Assembly (NCBI GenBank): GCA_965261085.1
Contig: OZ253442.1
Coordinates: 4,192,001 to 4,256,000, forward strand
Direction: 5' to 3'
Length of the DNA: 64,000 nt
Origin: a bacterium
Lineage (GTDB): Bacteria; UBA8248
Shown: positions 53,283 to 63,125 of the stretch, piece after piece
How the letters are laid out: every line of letters begins with the position of its first letter
Position numbering within the stretch: the stretch's first letter is position 1
Notes under the pieces: model-generated
What the model saw: only the letters and a program-made list of their open reading frames with translations
What the model was told of the DNA's origin: nothing
Database searches by the model: none
Program-made: the position numbers and the translations under genes

Positions 53283-54254
53283 CTAAACCAAAATTTTTCC
53301 GGCCTGAATGATCATCTGATCATCCGCCCACACGGTGGGGTTGTCGAAAATCATGTCGATGTGAAGCGGGGCTTCGATATTACCTCCGATACTCCCGCTA
53401 TCACCCACTGCCATGTGGCAAGTGCCCCATGTCTTTTTCGCCTCCCGCATTGTCTCCCGAGGCCTACATGCCGGATTCGTGCCAATCGCGAATTCAGCCA
53501 CGTTCTTCGCCAAATCTCCATTTTCATCCAGTAATTTCCAGAATCGATCCGCGGCGGCGCTTCCCGTGATGGATACAACTTTACCGTCCTTAATTTCAAG
53601 ACGCATGGGCTCGGTGACAAAACCCAAATCTTTTCTCTCGATAGAAAAAGGATTCACCATGACGCCATTCGATGTACCCTCCAAAGGACTCATGGCCGCT
53701 TCTCCATCGGGACATGCCGCGAATTCTCCGGATTTCCTGGCCACGCCGATGAGAGGGAAGCAAGTTCTCCCTTCCAGGGAAAAGTGCATGTCGCATCCAT
53801 CCGGCGTCGTGAATCGGCCCGTTTTGGCTTCGGTGTATATGTCGGAAATTATTCGGGTGACCCGGGCGACTTCGTCGTAATCCGCCAAGGCGCCACCGGC
53901 GACCATCATATCCTCACGCCATCCCCACATGTCCAGAACGCGCGCGCCCTGCCTGAGCGCGTTCCTCGCTGTCTCGGTATGAATCGTGGCGAAGCTGGTC
54001 TGGAGAATCACCACATCAGAGGCCGCCATTGCCGCCCCCACGTGAGGCAGCGGGTCGATCCCTCCATTCATATGGGGGGGCATGTGCATGATGGATAGCT
54101 TGGCGCCCGCAGCGCTCAAAGCATGCGCAAGTGCTTCCGAGACTGAGGCTGGACGATCCGAATCCGTTACGAGAAGCACCAGTTCGCCCTCTTTCACGTC
54201 AAGAACCCGCTCTACGATTCGCCTGGCGGTAGGCGCCATATTAAACTTTATCAT
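53283..54254 (-). CDS. Aminopeptidase T / M29-like metalloprotein
   Basis: DVKEGELVL, PDGE, AEFAIGTNP, GTCHMAVG, HIDMI. Confidence 0.75.
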   Translation of the reverse strand: MIKFNMAPTARRIVERVLDVKEGELVLLVTDSDRPASVSEALAHALSAAGAKLSIMHMPPHMNGGIDPLPHVGAAMAASDVVILQTSFATIHTETARNALRQGARVLDMWGWREDMMVAGGALADYDEVARVTRIISDIYTEAKTGRFTTPDGCDMHFSLEGRTCFPLIGVARKSGEFAACPDGEAAMSPLEGTSNGVMVNPFSIERKDLGFVTEPMRLEIKDGKVVSITGSAAADRFWKLLDENGDLAKNVAEFAIGTNPACRPRETMREAKKTWGTCHMAVGDSGSIGGNIEAPLHIDMIFDNPTVWADDQMIIQAGKILV

Positions 54255-54445
54255 TTGATCACCCCTGCGTATTGGTAGCTAAAAATTGACGATGCCTCGA
54301 TTGGAAATAAATCGATTTCCGACGAAACTCCCCTAGATTCATCGCATTATATGGGCCTATGAAACATAGTCGCAAGGGCGCGACTTGATGTGCGAAAATC
54401 AGTTGCAATTGATCGATCTCACTTCACAATAAAGCGAGCAAAAAG

Positions 54446-54863
54446 ATGCAGACCCCCAGAAACCCTTATCTTACGGTGGACATCATCATCGGGTTCAAGA
54501 GCGAGATGGGCTATGCGGGCATTGTGATGATTGAGCGGAAAAATCCTCCTCATTGCTGGGCGCTGCCGGGCGGATTCGTCGATTACGGAGAAACACTCGA
54601 AGCAGCCGCAGTTCGAGAAGCAAAGGAGGGAACCTCGCTCGACGTGAAGCTGGTTCGTCAATTTCATGCGTACAGCGACCCACGGCGCGATGCGAGACAA
54701 CACAACGTCACGGTGGTAAATATCGCAAGGTCTCCTCGGGGGGGTGGTCGCAGCACGAGATGATGCGAGGCGCGCAGGCGTTTTCAGTAAAAATTCCCTT
54801 CCTACCATGATTGTATTTGATCACGCAGAGATACTAAGCGATTATTTTTCAAAGAAGTACTAA
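54446..54863 (+). pseudogene. Frameshifted Nudix hydrolase
   Basis: [25 protein letters not shown]. Removing one G from the G7 run (54738-54744) restores ...[32 protein letters not shown], ending at TAA 54863. Confidence 0.8.
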
Positions 54864-54970
54864 AAAAGTCACACTAAAGGCATGCCCAGATACATTGTGC
54901 TATCATCGATAAATGATGCGGGGGAACACATGTGTTTCCCCGATTTTCTTTGAAACAGGATTTGCATGAT

Positions 54971-55666
54971 ATGAGCGGACTCTTCGAAAGTCTCGGGCGT
55001 GGATTCGAATTGATTCAAATAGATATCGCCGCCGTCATGGAGCGCGACCCCGCCTGCAGAACAAAAATGGAAGTGATTCTCTGCTATCCAGGTTTTCACG
55101 CTGTATGCCTGCATCGCATGGCTCATTTCCTATGGAGAAAGCACTTTCTGCTCGTTGCACGGTGGCTGAGTCACTGGAACCGCTTCATCACGGGTATCGA
55201 AATTCACCCGAGCGCGCAAATTGGCGAGGGGCTTTTCATAGATCATGGAATGGGCGTCGTCATCGGAGAAACGACGCAGATTGGAAAAAACTGCACCATT
55301 TATCAAGGCGTGACTCTCGGCGGCGTGAGTCTAAAGAAAGAAAAAAGACACCCCACATTGGAAGATAACGTCGTCGTCGGCGTTGGCGCCCAGGTTTTGG
55401 GGCCACACATTGTCGGCGCCGGCAGCCGCATCGGCGCAAGCTCGGTCGTCATTTCAGACGTCCCTCCCGGCTGCACGGTGGTGGGTGTGCCCGCACGCAT
55501 CGTCTACCGGGAGGGGCAAGGCAAAACGGATGATCTTCTCCCCGTTTCTTTTGAGCACCACGAATTGCCGGACCCCGTGGAAGCGGCCATTCAAGTCCTG
55601 AACCAGCGCATCGCAGCCCTTGAAAAAGAATTGGCCCAGACGCAAGAGCCGACGCCGGAAAAATAA
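54971..55666 (+). CDS. cysE: Serine O-acetyltransferase
   Basis: RDPA, TGIEIHP, FIDHGMGVVIGET, KRHPT, VGVPAR. Confidence 0.96.
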   Translation: MSGLFESLGRGFELIQIDIAAVMERDPACRTKMEVILCYPGFHAVCLHRMAHFLWRKHFLLVARWLSHWNRFITGIEIHPSAQIGEGLFIDHGMGVVIGETTQIGKNCTIYQGVTLGGVSLKKEKRHPTLEDNVVVGVGAQVLGPHIVGAGSRIGASSVVISDVPPGCTVVGVPARIVYREGQGKTDDLLPVSFEHHELPDPVEAAIQVLNQRIAALEKELAQTQEPTPEK

Positions 55667-55674
55667 GAGGCATC

Positions 55675-56844
55675 ATGAAAACCATCTATATGGACCACAA
55701 CGCAACCACACCGACGCGTCCTGAGGTCTTGGCCGCGCTTCAGCCATACCTCGGCGAGAAATTCGGAAATCCAAACAGCATCCACCGATATGGCAGAGAA
55801 ACCAGAATCGCGATCGAAAACGCCCGCGACCATGCAGCGGCCCTCATCGGCGCTGCGGATAGTGATGAAATCTTCTTCACCTCCGGGGGGACGGAGAGCG
55901 ACAATTGGGCGCTTCGGGGCGTCGTTTCCGCCGATCCAGGAGCAAGCCATATCGTCACCACAGAGATGGAGCACGAGGCCGTGCTCACGACATGCCAGAT
56001 GCTGGAAGCGGAAGGGGTGGAAGTAACCTATGTGAAGCCGAATCAGAAAGGACGCGTTTCGCCTGATGATGTGGCCTCGGCGATTCAGCCGAACACGAAA
56101 ATCTTGTCCGTCATGTGGGGCAACAACGAGGTCGGCACCATCCAACCGATTCATGAAATCGGCGCTATCTGCCGGGAGCGCGGGATATTGTTTCACACCG
56201 ATGCCGTGCAGGCGCTAGGCAAGAAATCCATCGACGTAGAACAAGCCGGCGTGTCTCTGCTTTCAGCCAGTGGACACAAAATCAACGGCTGCAAGGGCAC
56301 GGGCTTTTTGTATGTAAAAAAAGGAACCAAGATCGATCCTCTTATCGCAGGCGGCGGGCAGGAGCAAAAACTGCGCTCGGGCACGGAAAACGTCGTCGGC
56401 ATCGTCGCCATGGGAGAGGCCTGTCGTATTGCGAAAAAAGAGGGACCCCAATTTGCGAAGAACATTTCCGCTTTACGGGATCGGCTTGAAAACGAAATTT
56501 GCGAACGCATTCCCGATGTGTTGGTCAACGGCGACACGGATCACCGGCTTCCCGGCACATCGAACCTAGGCTTCATCGGCGCAGAAGGGGAAACGCTCCT
56601 GATTCGTCTTGATTTAGAGGGCATCGCGGTGAGCACAGGAGCCGCCTGCAGCTCGGGTTCTCCGGAACCCAGTCACGTCTTGCTGGCAATGGATTTACCA
56701 AAAGAAACCGTACAAGGCTCGCTGAGATTCAGCCTCGGCTACGGGAACTCGGATGAGGACATCGACAGGCTGCTCGAAGTATTGCCGGAGTCCGTCCGCA
56801 AGGTTCGCGAGATGGCGCCTCGCCTGAAATCAACAAAAACATGA
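55675..56844 (+). CDS. iscS: Cysteine desulfurase (IscS/NifS)
   Basis: YMDHNATT, FTSGGTES, HTDAVQ, SGHK, STGAACSS. Confidence 0.93.
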   Translation: MKTIYMDHNATTPTRPEVLAALQPYLGEKFGNPNSIHRYGRETRIAIENARDHAAALIGAADSDEIFFTSGGTESDNWALRGVVSADPGASHIVTTEMEHEAVLTTCQMLEAEGVEVTYVKPNQKGRVSPDDVASAIQPNTKILSVMWGNNEVGTIQPIHEIGAICRERGILFHTDAVQALGKKSIDVEQAGVSLLSASGHKINGCKGTGFLYVKKGTKIDPLIAGGGQEQKLRSGTENVVGIVAMGEACRIAKKEGPQFAKNISALRDRLENEICERIPDVLVNGDTDHRLPGTSNLGFIGAEGETLLIRLDLEGIAVSTGAACSSGSPEPSHVLLAMDLPKETVQGSLRFSLGYGNSDEDIDRLLEVLPESVRKVREMAPRLKSTKT

Positions 56845-56853
56845 GAAGAAGCT

Positions 56854-57237
56854 TTGGCTCCAAAAGACGATTATCACTATAACGAAACCGTGCTCGCCCA
56901 CATTGCGGATCCGCACAACATCGGCGCCCTCGAAGACGCAGACGCCCAGGGGAGCGGAACGAACCCCGCCTGCGGCGATGAAGTAACGCTCTATCTTAAA
57001 TTCGAAGATGCCACGGTCTCGGACGCCAAGATGAAAATCCTGGGTTGCGGAGCGATCACCGCCGCGATGAGTTCGTTGACGGACCTGGTGCGCGGCAAGA
57101 CCGTTGATGAACTCGCGCAAATCACCGCTGAGGAAATCGCGGAAAGCGTCGACGGTCTCCCCTCTCATAAGCGCCACTGCGCCACTCTCGCCCGGCGGGT
57201 ACTCCAGAACGCTCTAAAATCGAAAGGCGCAAGCTGA
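56854..57237 (+). CDS. iscU: Fe-S cluster scaffold (IscU/NifU N-terminal type)
   Basis: NPACGD, GCG, KRHC. Confidence 0.88.
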   Translation: MAPKDDYHYNETVLAHIADPHNIGALEDADAQGSGTNPACGDEVTLYLKFEDATVSDAKMKILGCGAITAAMSSLTDLVRGKTVDELAQITAEEIAESVDGLPSHKRHCATLARRVLQNALKSKGAS

Positions 57238-57243
57238 CCCCTC

Positions 57244-57705
57244 ATGAGGACATCACAACCGGTCAGAATCCTGGAACTCGACGGTTTCAAGGGTTGGGCA
57301 TTGCGCGCCGATGAACATGCAACATCAGAGTACATCGGCCTTATACAGGCTCGCCTACTCAAGATTTGCGCGAATCTTCCCAGAACCGCTCCCGCTTACG
57401 GACTCGACCACGGAGACAAAGGTTATGAAGCCTGCTGGAAAGCACTTTCGGATCTGCCCATGCCCAAGGAACTCCATGAGACGAACTTTCCGGGCGGATG
57501 GCATGCCGTAGGAACACACCTTGGGGGATACGACACGCTTGGCGTCACATCAGGAAAGATGCTCACCCAATGGCTACCGCATAGTGGCTTCAAAAGAAGA
57601 GAAGGCCCGTTGATGTACCGATACATTACCGACCCCCGCGAAACGACGGAGTCTGACATCAGAACCGAAATCTGCGTGCCCGTTCAGCCCGACCCGATTG
57701 AGTGA
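57244..57705 (+). CDS. GyrI-like small-molecule-binding protein
   Basis: PGGWHAVGTHLGGYD, WLPHSG, YITDP...TEICVPV. Confidence 0.8.
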   Translation: MRTSQPVRILELDGFKGWALRADEHATSEYIGLIQARLLKICANLPRTAPAYGLDHGDKGYEACWKALSDLPMPKELHETNFPGGWHAVGTHLGGYDTLGVTSGKMLTQWLPHSGFKRREGPLMYRYITDPRETTESDIRTEICVPVQPDPIE

Positions 57706-57744
57706 GCGACTGAAACAACGCGCGCATTTCCTATTTTTCGCTCA

Positions 57745-60696
57745 TCACGCCTTGCTGATTCGGCATAACAAACTCTTCATATTCGTTTGATCCGACACCG
57801 GATCTCGTTGCGCGAAATCAGTCAGAAAATTCACGGAGCGCCAAGGATGGTAGGGCTGCCGCTCTCCCCAACCGATGGGAACGTACACCGAGTCCTTTCT
57901 GATGCCTGCATTCACCCAAGCCATCGCCTCGATGGCGCCATGCATGGTCTCGACCTTTAGTTTCACTCCATCTTCGATTCCCAACTCTTGCGCTTTATGG
58001 GGATGTATCTGGCAATAGAGGTCCGGCCACATCTCTTGCGCCTGCCAGAAATAGTGCGTCCAGCTATGAAAATGCGGAGCAGGCGGCCGCCCGGTTATCA
58101 ATATCGTTTCAAAACCTTTTCGGCGAAGCTCATCGCCGAGGCTTTCCTCATCCGGCTGAACGATTCTGGCGGTGCGAGAGCCTGTGGGCACCTTGCTGAA
58201 TGGAGAGATGATCTCCAGATCATCATCTTCGTGACCATATTCGAGATAGGGTAATTGCGACAGATTTTCTTTCTCGCTGTAAAACTCCGGCAGCGCGGAT
58301 AATCCCACTTGCGCGAATTTATTCTCCAATTCCTCCGTCCAGAACTCAAGCCGTCCGCTCGGCGTAGAAAAGCGCTTACCCTCGGGTTGCCCCGTGGCGG
58401 TCGTCCCTTCGAGGTAAAGCGTTTCCTGCTCGGGAGCATCTTCGCTTGCAACGGGGAAACGCACCCATCGATAGGGAACCGAGTGGAGTCTTTTTTGTGT
58501 GACTCCCCGCAAAAAATCATTGTCGATACACATTTCATCCCAAAATTTCCCCGGATCCTTGTATTCCTCTTTCATGACGTCGCCGAACCCCAGGCGTTTC
58601 CCGAGTTCTATCCATATCCATCCATCGGGTTTCGCCTCCCCCGGCGGGTCGATCATCTTATCTATCCACACAATCCTTCTGTCATCATTCGTGCGGCCCA
58701 GTTCTCCTTTTTCGATGCCGCCCGCTGCAGGCAACACATAATCCGCAAACGCGGAGGTTTCATTCGGGAACAATTCGATATGGACGATGAGATCGAGCGC
58801 CTTAAAAGCCGCGCGCGATTCATCCTGCCCCGGCCACTGCGCCAATGGATTGTTGCACGTGATGAGACCCTTAATGGGGTATGGCTTTCCTTTCCGCATG
58901 GCGCTCAGCCAACCGGCCGGGCTTCTGCGAACCATCGGTTTCTGAATTTCCGCTCTCCTGTTCTCCGGTGCGTTGACGGTGATGGGCGGACCCGCCGTCA
59001 TGTTCACGTATGCTCCGCCCTTGCGGCCCCAATTCCCCGTTATGGCGGCCACGAACATCATCGCCCGGTTGGTTTGCACGGAATTGGTATGCTGATTGAG
59101 TCCCCGGCTACCAAAGATGACACAGCCATCCGCCTTGGCCACATCCTCTGAAAGCGCGCGAATCTCCTCCGCGGATATACCCGTGATGGCCTCCGCCCAA
59201 TCGGGGGAATATCCTTTGGAAAATATGAAATCGCGCCAGCGCTCCCAGCCCAGCACCCATTCATCGCAAAAACGCTGATCGTGCATACCTTTTGAGAGAA
59301 TATGGTGCGCCATGGCCAGGCCAAGGGCCATGTCGGTGCCCGGACGAATGCCCAGCCATTTATCCGCCTTGCTCGCCGTCGCGGTGTACCTCGGGTCCAC
59401 CACCACCATCCTGGTTTTGTTTTTGATGCGCCAGTCATTCACCTTGCCGAAGTAGACTGGCCGCGTCTCGGCCTGGTTGTCCCCGATATAGAGATACATC
59501 TGGGCGCTGCCGATATCTTCGGGCGTATAGCTGTTCCCGTTTCCATTGGTCCCGTGCGTCACCTCGTAGGCGACCACCTTGCCCGCCGCACAAAACGGGT
59601 CCGTCCCCTGCAGATTGGGGGTCCCCCACATCTGGCTGAACAAACGCACATAACCTTTTTGTGTAATCAAACCCGTGCGGGTCCCCACAAAAAGCGCCAG
59701 CGCCTCCGGGCCCCATTGTTCTTTAAGAACCTCGAGTTTCGCTGTGATCTCATCGAGCGCCTGGTTCCAACTGATGCGCTCAAATTCGCCCTCACCTCGG
59801 CGGCCGACGCGCTTGAGAGGATATTGCAGGCGATGCTCATTGTGGTGCAGTTGAAGCGTAAACTGCGCTTTCGGACAGAGCTTTCCGTTCAGGACAGGAT
59901 CCTCTTCGTTTCCCGTCACGTTGATGAGCTGATCCCCTTGAAAATGAAACTTGGCGGTGCAGCAGTTGAAACAAAAATTGCACCCCCCGGGCACGACACG
60001 GTCCGCCTTCAACGTCTTTTTATCGTGCAGGTAGGGGAAGTCAGGCCCTTTTTGCTCAAATACGTCATTCGCTCCAGGTGAATCCACAAAACGAGGCCGA
60101 CTCGGTTTTTCGTATAACCGTGAGGCATCTTCCTGCTTCGCGCGGCCGTTTTCCCTTTCAATTTTTTCAAGATAGACCGTTTGCGGTTTCAGGAGGAAAT
60201 GATCGTGATCCCGAGGATGGCGACCTTCTTCATCCGCTTTTTCAAGAAGCGTCTCCCTTTCTCCAAAAGAGATGGCGAAGCCCGGACAAATTTCAGCACA
60301 AGCAGGTTCCAATCCCTTTTCCCGTCTGTCCGGGCACAGATCGCATTTCACCGAATGATGTCCTTTGGCGTCATAGCCCATCGCGCTATAAGGACACGCC
60401 ATGACGCATTCCCCACAACCCGTGCAAAGCGCTTCATCCACTTCCACCACGCCGGTATCGGGATCTTTCGTTATCGCCTTGGGGTAGACGGGACAGGCCC
60501 TCAGGCAAGCGGGGCGCTCGCAATGCTGGCAAGTCAGCGTGAGGAAATCGGGCGCTCCCGTGGAAGCATCCCCCAACCAGACCACCTTGTTACGGTATTC
60601 GCCGGGCCCCAGCCTGTGCTCCTGCTTACAAGCCGCCTCACAGCTTTTACAGCCAAAGCACCGTTCCAAATCTATCATCAAGGCTAGCTGACCCAA
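57745..60696 (-). CDS. Fused DmsB-like 4x[4Fe-4S] / molybdopterin (DMSO-reductase family) oxidoreductase
   Basis: N-terminal CFGCKSC..C, CQHC..C..C, CTGCGEC..C, CDLC..C..C; then CNFCFNCC...LCPK, RLQYPLKR, VVDPR, PGTD, ADYVLPA. TTG start inferred after AAGGAG. Confidence 0.92.
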   Translation of the reverse strand: MGQLALMIDLERCFGCKSCEAACKQEHRLGPGEYRNKVVWLGDASTGAPDFLTLTCQHCERPACLRACPVYPKAITKDPDTGVVEVDEALCTGCGECVMACPYSAMGYDAKGHHSVKCDLCPDRREKGLEPACAEICPGFAISFGERETLLEKADEEGRHPRDHDHFLLKPQTVYLEKIERENGRAKQEDASRLYEKPSRPRFVDSPGANDVFEQKGPDFPYLHDKKTLKADRVVPGGCNFCFNCCTAKFHFQGDQLINVTGNEEDPVLNGKLCPKAQFTLQLHHNEHRLQYPLKRVGRRGEGEFERISWNQALDEITAKLEVLKEQWGPEALALFVGTRTGLITQKGYVRLFSQMWGTPNLQGTDPFCAAGKVVAYEVTHGTNGNGNSYTPEDIGSAQMYLYIGDNQAETRPVYFGKVNDWRIKNKTRMVVVDPRYTATASKADKWLGIRPGTDMALGLAMAHHILSKGMHDQRFCDEWVLGWERWRDFIFSKGYSPDWAEAITGISAEEIRALSEDVAKADGCVIFGSRGLNQHTNSVQTNRAMMFVAAITGNWGRKGGAYVNMTAGPPITVNAPENRRAEIQKPMVRRSPAGWLSAMRKGKPYPIKGLITCNNPLAQWPGQDESRAAFKALDLIVHIELFPNETSAFADYVLPAAGGIEKGELGRTNDDRRIVWIDKMIDPPGEAKPDGWIWIELGKRLGFGDVMKEEYKDPGKFWDEMCIDNDFLRGVTQKRLHSVPYRWVRFPVASEDAPEQETLYLEGTTATGQPEGKRFSTPSGRLEFWTEELENKFAQVGLSALPEFYSEKENLSQLPYLEYGHEDDDLEIISPFSKVPTGSRTARIVQPDEESLGDELRRKGFETILITGRPPAPHFHSWTHYFWQAQEMWPDLYCQIHPHKAQELGIEDGVKLKVETMHGAIEAMAWVNAGIRKDSVYVPIGWGERQPYHPWRSVNFLTDFAQRDPVSDQTNMKSLLCRISKA

Positions 60697-60721
60697 GACG
60701 CGCTCCTTGAACACATGCGGA

Positions 60722-61495
60722 CTACCACCTCGTCAGATGCCACCAGTATACCTCTCCCCCGCCGGAGACATAACCCGCAAAAAAAGTAACGGTGACGATG
60801 TGCCCCAGCATACCGAGGATAAAGACGAACGCCAAAGCGATGTGAATCAACCGCCAATAAGCCTGCGCGGGAGACACGCCGGCGCGCATTCCCATCAACT
60901 TGTTTTCCCGGCCAATCAGCCGGGCATAAGCGAGCGTAAGGCCTGGCCTGGAGAACCAATGCTTGAGTCTCGGGGAAAAGGTGCCCTCATTCGCTCCCGG
61001 CTCGAGTCTGGACAAAAGGGATTCTTTCTCCTGGATGAGACGGGCCATGCGCGCTCGGTTATCCGAGCCCAACGGAGAGAAAGATTCGTCTCTTGAAGCG
61101 AACGTGGCCGACATCCGCCTGGAGAGACGAACACGCGCCCACACGCCCAGAATCACCAGGGCAAAAAGCGCGACGAGCAGCAACGCCGGGGCATAGCGAA
61201 GAAACCCGCCCGAGTGGATGCTCACCAACACGCCGCCCAGGGTGGCCGTCACCACATGGGCGGAAAACCACCCAAGGGGAGAGCCGCCCACGCCTGTTCG
61301 TTTCGTGATCACGAAAACCACGGAGACGCACAAGAGAACGGCCCCCGCAACGCCGACCAAATACAGCGTCGGGGAACCCGGCAGATGCCATTCGCTCGAT
61401 AATGTATGCTGAAACGCGAAGAAGGTGACCAGAACAACCGCTGCCGCGAAGAGGAGATACGCAAGCAGCTTGTCGCCGATATCGAATCGTCTCAT
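60722..61495 (-). CDS. Membrane protein with four TM histidines (possible heme b anchor)
   Basis: WFSAHV, SIHSG, WRLIHI, LGHIV in hydrophobic helices; directly upstream of the Mo enzyme. Confidence 0.7.
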   Translation of the reverse strand: MRRFDIGDKLLAYLLFAAAVVLVTFFAFQHTLSSEWHLPGSPTLYLVGVAGAVLLCVSVVFVITKRTGVGGSPLGWFSAHVVTATLGGVLVSIHSGGFLRYAPALLLVALFALVILGVWARVRLSRRMSATFASRDESFSPLGSDNRARMARLIQEKESLLSRLEPGANEGTFSPRLKHWFSRPGLTLAYARLIGRENKLMGMRAGVSPAQAYWRLIHIALAFVFILGMLGHIVTVTFFAGYVSGGGEVYWWHLTRW

Positions 61496-61500
61496 GAAAA

Positions 61501-61980
61501 TCAGGGAAATTCTATTTTTTCGACATCCACGATTTCAAAATTCCTCACGCCACCGGGCAACTGAACCACCACCTCATCGCCCGGTTCTTTTTGCATGATC
61601 CCGCGCGAAAGTGGCGCACCAAAGGAGATAATTCCATTGGGGAGGTCACTTTCCTCCTCGCCCAATATCTTATAGGTAATCTCTTCATCCTTATCCAGGT
61701 CAAAAAGAGTGACTTTTGTGCCGATGGTGACCTTATCGCCAGAGATGGGGAGTTCTTCTATCACGCTCGCCTCACGGATCTTATCCATAATCCGGCTCAC
61801 CTCGTTCTTCAGGTTGCCCTGCAACTCAATGGCCGCCTCCCACTCGGCGTTTTCGCTCAAATCACCCAAACTCGCCGCCTTGCCGATCTCTTTCGACACC
61901 TCATGCTTCAGGCGATGCCGAATTTCTCCAACCTTTCGCCTCAACCCCTCGAGGCTCGCTTTCGTTATGTAGTACGGCAT
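61501..61980 (-). CDS. greA: Transcription elongation factor GreA
   Basis: GDLSENAEW, YKILGEEE, ISFGAPL. Confidence 0.92.
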   Translation of the reverse strand: MPYYITKASLEGLRRKVGEIRHRLKHEVSKEIGKAASLGDLSENAEWEAAIELQGNLKNEVSRIMDKIREASVIEELPISGDKVTIGTKVTLFDLDKDEEITYKILGEEESDLPNGIISFGAPLSRGIMQKEPGDEVVVQLPGGVRNFEIVDVEKIEFP

Positions 61981-62020
61981 CTCTTCCTCATCCACATGTG
62001 AAATAATCTAAAAATGCGCC

Positions 62021-62938
62021 TCAGGCGTCTTTAGCTGTTTTTTCTTTCAGTTGTTCTCGAAAATCATACCCGGTATCTTCCACAAACGCTTCGATCAGGC
62101 GTTTCGTGACGGGCCCTGGAACTCGCGCGCCTGGCTTGAAGCTGTCGATTTCACGCACCGGCATGGCGCATATCGCGCTCGATGTGATGAAGTACTCTTC
62201 CGCCTGCGCCAAATCGTATGTCGTGATGTCTCTCTCTTCGACTGGAATTCCCAAACGCGCCGCCAATTCGAACACCGCCAGACGGGTCACGCCTTGTAAT
62301 ATATTTCTCTCCGGCGGCGTCCAGAGAACGCCGTCTTTCACCATGAAAAAATTGGCGGACGAGTTTTCCGCCACGTTCCCCTGAATGTCGAGCATCAAGG
62401 ACAAAGAACCCGATGCGGCGGCATCGAGTTCCGCCAGAATCTGATTCATTTTGCTCGTCACTTTCGCTCTCGTCTCGATGCACTCGGGAGGATTGCGCCT
62501 CGTGGGCGTTATCGCCAGACGCACGCCGTTCAAATAACGCTCCGAAAAAGATGCAACATTCACGGGTCTCCAAAATATGAATACGGAAGCGGACCCCGCC
62601 GCGTGCGCCGCCATGGAAGGATCATCGAAACCACGGGTCACCCAATGGCCGACACGATACATGGCGCCTTCTTCGAGACGACATAAATTCGACTCCAGAG
62701 TAGCCAGCGTAGCCTGCTTCATTTCCTCTTTTTCGAGGCCCACGCCGATGCGAACATATTTGAGTGACCGATAGAGGCGATCGAGATGATCATCGAGCCG
62801 ATAGAGCTTTCCCGCAAAGCAAGGGGTGACCTCATAAACGCCGTCTCCCCAGAGAAAACCGCGGTCGAAGGGCGATATCCTGGCGTCTTTCTCCTCTATA
62901 ATCTCACCATTGAGATATACGAAACGCTCACCCGGCAT
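62021..62938 (-). CDS. Class IV aminotransferase (IlvE/D-amino-acid type)
   Basis: DRGFLWGDGVYE, HLDRL, AK, E..SANFF, ILQGVTR. Confidence 0.92.
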   Translation of the reverse strand: MPGERFVYLNGEIIEEKDARISPFDRGFLWGDGVYEVTPCFAGKLYRLDDHLDRLYRSLKYVRIGVGLEKEEMKQATLATLESNLCRLEEGAMYRVGHWVTRGFDDPSMAAHAAGSASVFIFWRPVNVASFSERYLNGVRLAITPTRRNPPECIETRAKVTSKMNQILAELDAAASGSLSLMLDIQGNVAENSSANFFMVKDGVLWTPPERNILQGVTRLAVFELAARLGIPVEERDITTYDLAQAEEYFITSSAICAMPVREIDSFKPGARVPGPVTKRLIEAFVEDTGYDFREQLKEKTAKDA

Positions 62939-63125
62939 CGGACATTCCTCCCATCCGCATCAATAAAGAAAGGCCGGCCCGAAGCAACGGGCGCAGCCGC
63001 ATGTAAAATGAAATGTCATCCTACATACAACCATCTTACAAAGAAAATGCCAAAGGGCAAAATCGTTAAGGGATATTCCGCCTCCCGACAACGCGCCCGG
63101 ACACGAGTTTTGCTTTCGGAATTTC

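Noticed and set aside
54971-57237. cysE-iscS-iscU as a novel system
   Set aside because: A common, well-described Fe-S assembly arrangement.
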